A DNA stretch of 36,315 nucleotides from the NCBI GenBank assembly GCA_964451625.1, contig CAYVIU010000002.1, forward strand, positions 1 to 36,315. Reading direction: 5' to 3'. Both the position numbers and the translations under genes were made by a program. Below, piece after piece: positions 25,075-32,113 of this stretch (the first letter of the stretch is position 1; each line of letters opens with the position of its first letter). Origin of the DNA: an uncultured Planctomycetia bacterium. Its GTDB lineage: Bacteria; Omnitrophota; Gorgyraeia; JABMRJ01; CAYVIU01. The notes below the pieces were generated by a model. The model saw only the letters and a list, made by a program, of their open reading frames with translations, had not been told where the DNA came from and did no database searches.

Positions 25075-26793
25075 ATGTCCCAGTTTATAAAAGAAAAATT
25101 ACAAAAACTCCTTATAGGGTCGAAACTCATAAAGGAGTCTGATTTTAAGAAGGCCCTCGGCGTCCAGAAGAAAAAGGGAGGCGGCCTTGGAAAGATACTT
25201 GTAGCCCAGGGCTCCATTACAGAGAGGGACCTTCTCATAATCCTGAGCCGCGAGCTTAATGTTCCCCCGATAGACCTCTCAAAGTATAAAATAGACCCGA
25301 AGGTGGCCCAGCTTGTCCCTGAAAAAATAGCAAAGCAGTACGAACTTGTCCCTCTTTCAAAAATGGGCAACCGCCTCACTGTCGCGATGACAGATCCGTT
25401 GAACCTCTTTGCCATCGACGACATAAAAACACTCACCGGCTATGACATAGACATGGTCCTGGCAACCGAAAGCGATATCAAGGCCGCCTTAAGCAATATC
25501 TACGGTACCACAATAGCAGAAGTCACAAAACTCATAGATGAGTCCAAAAAAGGCGCAGATGTAGAGATGGTGGAGGCCGCGGACATAGATATAGGGAACC
25601 TTGCCGAGGAATCCAAAAAGGCGCCGATCGTAAAGGTGGTAGACCTTATTTTAACAGAGGCAATAAAAAGGAGGGCAAGCGATATTCACATAGAGCCCGG
25701 CGAGGATTCGTTGAGGATCCGCTACCGCATTGACGGCAATCTCCAGGAAGTGCTGAACCTGCCCAAGAAAAATCAGAATGCGGTACTGGCAAGGCTCAAG
25801 ATCATGTCAAGGCTGGATATCACTGAAAACCGCATTCCCCAGGACGGGAGATTTAAGATAAGGCTTGAGGAAAAAGAGATAGATTTCAGGGTCTCTGTTT
25901 TGCCCGTGGGATTCGGCGGAAAGGTCGTATTAAGGGCGCTTGATAAAGCCAACCTCAGTATCGGGCTTGATAAGCTCGGGTTTCTGCCCGGACCCCTTGA
26001 AACATTCAGAGAGGCGATTAAAAACCCTTACGGCATGATACTTGTTACAGGCCCCACGGGAAGCGGTAAATCCACCACGCTTTATTCCATATTAAACCAA
26101 TTGAACACACCGAAGGTGAATATAATTACAATAGAAGACCCTGTTGAATATCAGGTCGAGGGTATCACGCAGATCCAGGCAAACCATGACATAGGCCTTA
26201 CATTTTCAAGCGGCTTGAGGAGTCTCCTGAGACAGAGCCCGGATATAGTGATGATCGGCGAGATAAGAGATTCTGAAACCGCCGACATCGCGGTGAAGGC
26301 CTCGCTGACAGGAGAGCTTGTCTTCAGCACCCTGCATACAAATGACGCTGCCGGGGCAATAACGCGCCTTGTAGATATGGGCGTGGAGCCGTTTCTAATA
26401 GCATCAAGCCTTGTGCTTACAGTGGCCCAGAGGCTCTGCAGAAAGATATGCCCCGCCTGCAAGGTGCCTGTCAATATCCCGGAGGCAGTCCTTAAGAACG
26501 CCGGGATTCCCTTAAGCGATCTCTCCAGGAAAAAAGGCGGCAAGGTGGTTTTTTATAAAGGCAAGGGATGCAAAAAATGCGACCACACCGGCTACCATGG
26601 AAGAATGGGCACGCTTGAGACGCTTTTAATAGATGACAAAATCAGAGACCTGATAATACAGAAGAAAACGAGCGACGAAATAAAACAATACGCCGTCAGT
26701 AAAGGGATGAAGACTTTAAGGGACAACGCCCTTTTTAAACTGGCATCAGGCTTAACAACATTAGAAGAGGTCCTAAGAATCGCATCGGAATAA
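25075..26793 (+). CDS. pilB: Type IV pilus assembly ATPase, PilB/GspE family, paralog 2
   Basis: T2SSE_N domain, Walker A GPTGSGKST, SPDIVMIGEIRD, TGELVFSTLHTNDAAGA, and tetracysteine CPAC...CKKC. Confidence 0.9.
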   Translation: MSQFIKEKLQKLLIGSKLIKESDFKKALGVQKKKGGGLGKILVAQGSITERDLLIILSRELNVPPIDLSKYKIDPKVAQLVPEKIAKQYELVPLSKMGNRLTVAMTDPLNLFAIDDIKTLTGYDIDMVLATESDIKAALSNIYGTTIAEVTKLIDESKKGADVEMVEAADIDIGNLAEESKKAPIVKVVDLILTEAIKRRASDIHIEPGEDSLRIRYRIDGNLQEVLNLPKKNQNAVLARLKIMSRLDITENRIPQDGRFKIRLEEKEIDFRVSVLPVGFGGKVVLRALDKANLSIGLDKLGFLPGPLETFREAIKNPYGMILVTGPTGSGKSTTLYSILNQLNTPKVNIITIEDPVEYQVEGITQIQANHDIGLTFSSGLRSLLRQSPDIVMIGEIRDSETADIAVKASLTGELVFSTLHTNDAAGAITRLVDMGVEPFLIASSLVLTVAQRLCRKICPACKVPVNIPEAVLKNAGIPLSDLSRKKGGKVVFYKGKGCKKCDHTGYHGRMGTLETLLIDDKIRDLIIQKKTSDEIKQYAVSKGMKTLRDNALFKLASGLTTLEEVLRIASE

Positions 26794-26803
26794 AAGGTTG
26801 AAA

Positions 26804-26856
26804 GAAGCTAAGCTTCCAGCCATAGTTTAGTTTTACGTGGCAGGAAGCTTAGCTTC
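26804..26856. repeat. Inverted pair of family A repeat (GAAGCTAAGCTTCC / GGAAGCTTAGCTTC)
   Basis: 14-bp perfect arms at 26804-26817 and 26843-26856, extendable by 3 bp after one mismatch, with a 25-nt loop. It lies in the 83-nt pilB2-pilC gap. The core is identical to the hairpin at 9452-9472. Confidence 0.88.
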
Positions 26857-26876
26857 AGCGAATAGAGGAGGAACGA

Positions 26877-28091
26877 ATGCCCAGATATAAATATATTGCG
26901 AAGGAGAAGAGCGGTAAATCGGTGACAGGGGTGCTGGAGGCCGGCGACCAGCATGAACTCATCACGGTCCTCAGAAAAAAAGAGCTCGTCATAGTTTCAA
27001 TAGATGAAGAGACCTCAAAACTGAAGGCCCTTTCCTTTTCATTCGTAAAAACCAAAGTAAAACTCGATGACCTTGTAATATTTTCAAGGCAGCTGGCAAC
27101 CATGGTGGAGGCAGGCATACCCCTTGTAACCGCGCTCGATATTCTCGGAGAGCAGCTGGAAAACAAGACCTTTAAGGATGTAATTTTAAAAGTGAGGGAC
27201 GATGTTGAGACAGGCAGCTCCCTCTCCGAAGGCATGGCAAAGCACCCTAATATTTTCTCAAATCTTTTTGTAAACATGGTAAAGGCAGGGGAAACCAGCG
27301 GTACCCTGGATGAGATCCTGGACAGGGTGGCGACATACCTGGAAAAGACAAGCGCCCTCCAGAAAAAGGTTAAAGCCGCAATGATATACCCGGCCGTAAT
27401 CACAACCATGGCCATTCTGGTCACAGCAGTCCTTTTGATAAAAGTCATACCCGTCTTTAAAGAGATCTATTCCGGTTTCGGAGCAGAACTCCCCAAGCCG
27501 ACAGCAATCCTTATAGGTACCAGCGAATTTGTAAGAAGGTATTTTATCTTTTTTGTTGCCATGATAGCGGGCGGTATATTCATGCTTAATCGCTATGCCA
27601 AAACCGAAAAGGGGAAATTGACAATTGACAAAACCGTCCTCAGGCTGCCCGTATTCGGGATCCTCTTAAGGAAGGTGGCGGTGAGTAAGTTCACCCGCAC
27701 CCTTTCCACTCTTATAAGGAGCGGGGTGCCCATACTGAATTCACTGGAAATCGTGGGAAAGACTGCCGGCAACAAGGCAGTGGAGGTTTCGGTGGAGGAG
27801 GTCCGCTCAAGCATAAGGGAGGGGGAGAACATTGCCGAGCCCCTGGCCAAGAGCAAGATCTTCCCGCCCATGGTCATCAGGATGGTCTCTGTAGGGGAGA
27901 AGACGGGTGAGCTTGAAAAGATGCTCTCCAAAATAGCCGATTTCTACGATGAGCAGGTGGATGCCGCTGTAAGCGGCCTGACCAGCATGATAGAGCCCCT
28001 CATAATAGCCTTTTTGGGGGTGGTTATAGGCACCATAGTTATCTGTATGTTCTTACCAATATTCAAGATATCGACATACATCTCTGTGTGA
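26877..28091 (+). CDS. pilC: Type IV pilus platform protein PilC (GspF family)
   Basis: Duplicated T2SSF domains (FSRQLATMVEAGIPL and FTRTLSTLIRSGVPI) with three TM segments. A GAGGAGG RBS lies upstream. Confidence 0.93.
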   Translation: MPRYKYIAKEKSGKSVTGVLEAGDQHELITVLRKKELVIVSIDEETSKLKALSFSFVKTKVKLDDLVIFSRQLATMVEAGIPLVTALDILGEQLENKTFKDVILKVRDDVETGSSLSEGMAKHPNIFSNLFVNMVKAGETSGTLDEILDRVATYLEKTSALQKKVKAAMIYPAVITTMAILVTAVLLIKVIPVFKEIYSGFGAELPKPTAILIGTSEFVRRYFIFFVAMIAGGIFMLNRYAKTEKGKLTIDKTVLRLPVFGILLRKVAVSKFTRTLSTLIRSGVPILNSLEIVGKTAGNKAVEVSVEEVRSSIREGENIAEPLAKSKIFPPMVIRMVSVGEKTGELEKMLSKIADFYDEQVDAAVSGLTSMIEPLIIAFLGVVIGTIVICMFLPIFKISTYISV

Positions 28092-28093
28092 TC

Positions 28094-28122
28094 TTGACTA
28101 TGGGATATACATATGATATACT
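28094..28122 (+). promoter_or_regulatory. Sigma70-type extended -10 promoter upstream of the first pilin
   Basis: TTGACT (28094-28099), a 17-nt spacer, then TATACT (28117-28122) preceded by TGa. It would give a leader of ~175 nt. Confidence 0.5.
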
Positions 28123-28303
28123 TGTCTTGTCAGCCTGAAAGGGCACCCTGATTTAACCAGGGAATGGCCCGCCAGGGGTTCTTTGATATAACTCCTTTCT
28201 GGTAAATGAGTTAAGTAGATATAGGGGCATTATACATATCTCCCTGATATTGCTTGACTTAGGAAAGAGGCTGATCTGACCAGTTTTGGTGAGGAAGGGG
28301 GTA

Positions 28304-28642
28304 ATGAAAATGATGAATAGGAAAGGCTTTACGCTTGTTGAAATTATGATAGTTGTAGCAATTATTGGTCTATTGGCAGCGATAGCCATTCCTAACTTCG
28401 TGACTGCCAGAGGAACAGCCCAGACAAACACCTGCTTGGCAAATATCAGGACAGTTCAGAGCGGACTTGAATTGGCCGCGTTTGAAACTGGTGCATCTAT
28501 TCTCAGCTTAGCTGATGATGCAGCTGTAACAGCAATAGTTGAACCCAACTATATCAGAAATATGCCAGGTTGTCCTACAACAGGTGCTTATTCCACAGAT
28601 GCAACCGGTGTCTTGGCCTGCTCAGTACACGGCAGCCCGTAA
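28304..28642 (+). CDS. pilA: Type IV pilin, probable major subunit (prepilin-type N-terminal cleavage/methylation domain)
   Basis: MKMMNRKG/FTLVEIMIVVAIIGLLAAIAIPNF shows a class III signal peptide with G-1, F+1 and E+5. The start is chosen at the ATG after the GAGGAAGGGGG RBS rather than the TTG at 28286. There are three Cys, including a C-terminal pair. Confidence 0.85.
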   Translation: MKMMNRKGFTLVEIMIVVAIIGLLAAIAIPNFVTARGTAQTNTCLANIRTVQSGLELAAFETGASILSLADDAAVTAIVEPNYIRNMPGCPTTGAYSTDATGVLACSVHGSP

Positions 28643-28681
28643 GTAGGAAAAGGCTAAAAAAAGCCTGTTTCAACAACAATC

Positions 28682-28715
28682 GGCGGCAAGGTTAAATCTT
28701 GCCGCCTTTTTATTT
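28682..28715 (+). terminator. Rho-independent terminator after the first pilin
   Basis: GGCGGCAAG-GTTAAAT-CTTGCCGCC (9-bp GC-rich stem) followed by TTTTTATTT. Confidence 0.8.
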
Positions 28716-28725
28716 ACCCACCAGT

Positions 28726-28774
28726 TCGACCTACGCGGTCAAACTAACGCGGTCGACCTACGCGGTCGAGAATT
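28726..28774. repeat. Tandem copies of family B repeat (ACCTACGCGGTC core)
   Basis: The sequence is TCGACCTACGCGGTCAAACT AA CGCGGTCGACCTACGCGGTCGAGAATT. The second copy matches the right arm of the aroA-proximal inverted repeat (ACCTACGCGGTCGAAATT) except for one inserted G. Confidence 0.8.
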
Positions 28775-28786
28775 GTTCCTCCTGCC

Positions 28787-28815
28787 TTGACTTTACCCTA
28801 TATATATGATATATT
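28787..28815 (+). promoter_or_regulatory. Sigma70-type extended -10 promoter upstream of the second pilin
   Basis: TTGACT (28787-28792), a 17-nt spacer, then TATATT (28810-28815) preceded by TGa. The layout is very similar to the promoter at 28094-28122. Confidence 0.5.
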
Positions 28816-28826
28816 TTAGTAATATT

Positions 28827-29177
28827 ATGCTTTTATTGTATCATAAAGGGTTTACGTTTGTTGAGATCCTGGTAGTGGCGGTATTGCTTGGTGTTATAGC
28901 AGCTGTCGCAATTCCTTCTTTTCTGAATATGAGGGCCGCCACCAACACCAACATCTGCGTTGCCAACCTGAGACAGATCAACAGCGCAGTGGAGCAGTGG
29001 GGCCTTTTAAGCGGACTAAACGAAGGCGGATCATTAACTCCATACGAAGATGAAATCTACGACTACATCCGAGGCGATAAACCCACCTGTCCTTCCGGAG
29101 GGACGTACACCTTAACCAATTTAGGCCAGCATCCGCAGATAAGATGCAATGTCGCAGGCCACGCACTTTCCGAATAG
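28827..29177 (+). CDS. Type IV pilin-like protein, paralog 2
   Basis: MLLLYHKG/FTFVEILVVAVLLGVIAAVAIPSF with E+5. It shares TNxC-x-x-N-L-R and CPSGGTY motifs with its neighbours. The alternative start at 28806 lies inside the predicted promoter. Confidence 0.78.
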   Translation: MLLLYHKGFTFVEILVVAVLLGVIAAVAIPSFLNMRAATNTNICVANLRQINSAVEQWGLLSGLNEGGSLTPYEDEIYDYIRGDKPTCPSGGTYTLTNLGQHPQIRCNVAGHALSE

Positions 29178-29188
29178 GAGAAAAGTTG

Positions 29189-29551
29189 ATGAAAAAAAAG
29201 GGACTAAGCCTTGTCGAAGTCATGCTGGTCGTGGCTGTCGTAGGAATACTTTTACTTGTAAGTATTCCTAATTTTATATCAAGTACGGGCCGTGTAAGAA
29301 GAGATACCTGTATAAACAACCTGCGCCGCATAAACCTGGCCAAAGAGCAGTGGGCGCTTGAAACAGGTATTGAAGTAGGAGACCAGGGCAGTACACCTGT
29401 AGCAGCAGACCTTGATACCTATATAAAAGACGGGACAGCCAGCCTTGCATGCCCGCTTGACGGAGCCGATAGTTTTAGTACAAGCTATACGATAAACACC
29501 TTTGGCACAGACCCGGCCTGTAATATTTCACCGGGAGACCATAATATATGA
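29189..29551 (+). CDS. Type IV pilin-like protein, paralog 3
   Basis: MKKKG/LSLVEVMLVVAVVGILLLVSIPNF with E+5. AGGAG lies 8 nt upstream. It shares the DTCINNLRRI motif. The ORF-track start at 29144 overlaps the preceding gene. Confidence 0.8.
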   Translation: MKKKGLSLVEVMLVVAVVGILLLVSIPNFISSTGRVRRDTCINNLRRINLAKEQWALETGIEVGDQGSTPVAADLDTYIKDGTASLACPLDGADSFSTSYTINTFGTDPACNISPGDHNI

Positions 29552-29958
29552 TGAATAAAAAAGGCATGAGCCTTGTAGAAGTGATAGTTGCCCTCGCGCT
29601 TCTGGTGCTTTCTATAGGAAGCATCCTGGGTGTATTAATACAGAACATGAATACAGGAAGGACCATAGACTACAGCTATGTTGCCACCAACCTTGCCAAA
29701 AACAGGATTGAGAGATTGAGGGAGGTAAGGCGTGACAGGGGCTATGCCGATCTTGCAAACTGGGGAGAAACCGATGTGGCAATAGACCGCGACGGCGTCC
29801 CTGACAATGAGGGAGATTTCCAGCGCACCACCATTGTTGACGCAGCGTACGGCACCAATCTTACCCAGGTTACAGTGCAGGTAAAATATGCGCCGCGCGG
29901 CGTATTTGTAACAGCTCAAACAGAACTTATAACATTATTATCGCCATATTATGAATAG
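29548..29958 (+). CDS. Minor pilin, PilV/GspI-like
   Basis: MMNKKG/MSLVEVIVALALLVLSIGSILGVL with E+5, 136 aa. ATGA overlap with the preceding pilin. Confidence 0.7.
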   Translation: MMNKKGMSLVEVIVALALLVLSIGSILGVLIQNMNTGRTIDYSYVATNLAKNRIERLREVRRDRGYADLANWGETDVAIDRDGVPDNEGDFQRTTIVDAAYGTNLTQVTVQVKYAPRGVFVTAQTELITLLSPYYE

Positions 29959-32113
29959 CAACAAAAAGGGAATGAGCCTTGCTGAGATCCTGATCGCCTC
30001 TGCGGTTACATTTTTAGTCCTGAGTGTTTCATTTACGCTCTGGAGTATTGCCGAGACAGCCTGGTATGGTGAACGCGCCAGGGCAAAAACCCTTATGGAA
30101 TTGGAAATCGCCATGGAAAGGATAAAAAAAGAACTGCGCAGCTCAACCGGGGACCTTATGTTTTTCTATCCCGAAGATGCATCCGTGTATGAGGCAGTAA
30201 GCTTTCCAATAGCAGTGGATAATGACGGCGATGGTTTCATAGAACTCGACAACAACAACACCCCGGATGAACCAACAGATGACACCATTATATGGGACCG
30301 GACCGTTATATACCATGTTTTCAATACAGGTACAAGCATGGATCTAAGGAGGACCATCTTTGATCCGCGTTCCAGTCTTAACGATACCCAAAGGCAGTCT
30401 CAGATTGACAGCGTAATTGCAAACGGCGCGGCAATAGGGAGCACCCCTAACAATGCAAATGCATCAACAAGAACCATCTTCAGCAAAGAAGTTCTTTCAG
30501 AGCAGGATGCCATTTTACTTCAAATTGCCCCCAAGCTGCGTGAGTTTGACGGGTATAGCGCTGCATTAGATAGGAGTTCCAATGTGAGCTTTGGAAGCAT
30601 ACCGCTTGCCGGCGAGTACCACACCATAAGTTTTAAGACAACAGGCCAAAATACTGCATCATCGAGCTTTGGCCTGGGCGTGGACCTTTTCAGGATCACC
30701 CCCAGCGGCTCTGACAGGGAAGGCGAAGATTACACTTTCCTGAAGCACCCTGACAATTCAGTCGGCGTATCTGCCACGTCCGGCGACACGACCACAAGAG
30801 AAGACATGAGTTCCTACGGCAGCTGGAGCGGTGACCATCACCTCGAGTATGAGGCAAACGGCGTGGACGACTATATAACACTAAGGTTTTATAACGACGC
30901 CTGGAGGGAATCAAACTTTGATTCAGGAACAAGCGACCTGGTGGTTGCAGAGCTCAGCGCCAGGACAGGGGTCTTTGACAACCTGATTGCTTCCTCTGAC
31001 GGCATAGTGCGGCTTGAAGGCGGAGGAAGCGTATGGTTTGCATCAGACCAGACAGGGGCTGTTGTGCAGACAATTGATGTCATCCCTCCGGCAGGAGGCA
31101 GCACAATCAGAAACGTGATCTCCGGAGGATTTATCGGTGAAGACGGAAGGCTCATAAGAGTGAAATTCGCTGCAGGCTCAACCGGCCCCCTAACCATAAG
31201 CCATGCATTTATCTGCAAAAGAAAAGAAGCGCAGGACCCGAGTGAGGCCCAGGACGGCGAGGCACCCTCAAGCAGTATTACCTTTTCAGGAGGCGCAAGC
31301 GTTGTTATAGCCGCAGATGATTCAGTATGGTCGGACTGGATAGACCTTGGCGCAAACATAGACAAGAGCAACGACTATTTTATCAGTATTCATCTTCCCC
31401 AGCCAAATGGCACACAGCACAGCCTTGCCTATTGGGAAGATGCAAGCGGGCTGGGCCATTCATATACAAGGACAGGCGGAGATTTTGCCGGCACCCTTAT
31501 CTGGGCCGCAGCCGGCACTGAAGACACCAACGTTTACGTGCTTGAAGAAATCGAGGCAAGCTATGTTGACAGCGGAAACTTTACCTCGCAGATCTATGAT
31601 ACAGGTATTGCCAATCCGGGATTTGCAACAATGACCTGGGACATCACAAGGAACAATTATCCTGACGCAAACTGTATTTTAAGGGCAAGATCAAGTGACG
31701 ATAAAGACAGCCTCCTGGCTGATTCTGACTGGTCAGATGAAGTTGCAGTCAATACATTTTCGGCAGTCCAGGGGAGCGCAGGCATAAGTGCAATAGGCAC
31801 AGGCCGGTACGTGCAGTTTAACGCAGATTTTATTTCAACAGGTACTGACCCGGGGGAACAGACCGCTGATCAGTACGATATGAGTTCAATATTGAAAGCA
31901 GTGGCCATTTACTGGCCGGGTGCCACAACAGCGTGTGCCCTGAGCGGATATTTTACAATGAAGCCGAGCTATGGCATCTTCACCGTGGAAATAGACGGCC
32001 AACCTCTTACGAAAGGCTTTGAGGTAAAACTTGAACTGGCCGAGGAAATCTTCGGAACCCTGGTGGAGCGCACCCTTACAACTGAAGTTGAGCCGCGGAA
32101 CACAGGACTATAA
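29951..32113 (+). CDS. Large pilin-like protein (PilW/GspJ-like N-terminus plus ~650-aa extension), candidate tip/adhesin subunit
   Basis: MNSNKKG/MSLAEILIASAVTFLVLSVSF with E+5. The remaining ~650 aa belong to no family I recognise. It contains a DNDGDGFIE calcium-loop-like motif. Confidence 0.7.
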   Translation: MNSNKKGMSLAEILIASAVTFLVLSVSFTLWSIAETAWYGERARAKTLMELEIAMERIKKELRSSTGDLMFFYPEDASVYEAVSFPIAVDNDGDGFIELDNNNTPDEPTDDTIIWDRTVIYHVFNTGTSMDLRRTIFDPRSSLNDTQRQSQIDSVIANGAAIGSTPNNANASTRTIFSKEVLSEQDAILLQIAPKLREFDGYSAALDRSSNVSFGSIPLAGEYHTISFKTTGQNTASSSFGLGVDLFRITPSGSDREGEDYTFLKHPDNSVGVSATSGDTTTREDMSSYGSWSGDHHLEYEANGVDDYITLRFYNDAWRESNFDSGTSDLVVAELSARTGVFDNLIASSDGIVRLEGGGSVWFASDQTGAVVQTIDVIPPAGGSTIRNVISGGFIGEDGRLIRVKFAAGSTGPLTISHAFICKRKEAQDPSEAQDGEAPSSSITFSGGASVVIAADDSVWSDWIDLGANIDKSNDYFISIHLPQPNGTQHSLAYWEDASGLGHSYTRTGGDFAGTLIWAAAGTEDTNVYVLEEIEASYVDSGNFTSQIYDTGIANPGFATMTWDITRNNYPDANCILRARSSDDKDSLLADSDWSDEVAVNTFSAVQGSAGISAIGTGRYVQFNADFISTGTDPGEQTADQYDMSSILKAVAIYWPGATTACALSGYFTMKPSYGIFTVEIDGQPLTKGFEVKLELAEEIFGTLVERTLTTEVEPRNTGL

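Noticed and set aside
28141-28158. Sigma54-type promoter (GGGCAC-N5-TTTAA) upstream of the pilin, as in many pilA genes.
   Set aside because: The -24-like GGGCAC is present, but the -12 element lacks the invariant GC at the correct spacing. No PilR/PilS-type genes are visible in the window.
28123-28303. c-di-GMP riboswitch in the pilin leader.
   Set aside because: I could not find the conserved GEMM-I/II sequence blocks by eye. Only a generic hairpin is present. It is kept as a low-interest item to test by covariance-model search.
28286-28303. Extended N-termini from the ORF track for pilins (28286, 28806, 29144) and for pilM (33220).
   Set aside because: These upstream codons overlap RBS or promoter sequence or the preceding gene, and they would give atypically long prepilin leaders. 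Internal ATGs with proper RBS or leader length were preferred; 28806 and 33220 remain possible.
28726-28774. CRISPR-like array, given three CGCGGTC-containing units.
   Set aside because: The units are only ~15-20 nt and directly abutting, with no spacers. No cas genes are present. The sequence matches a palindromic repeat found elsewhere.
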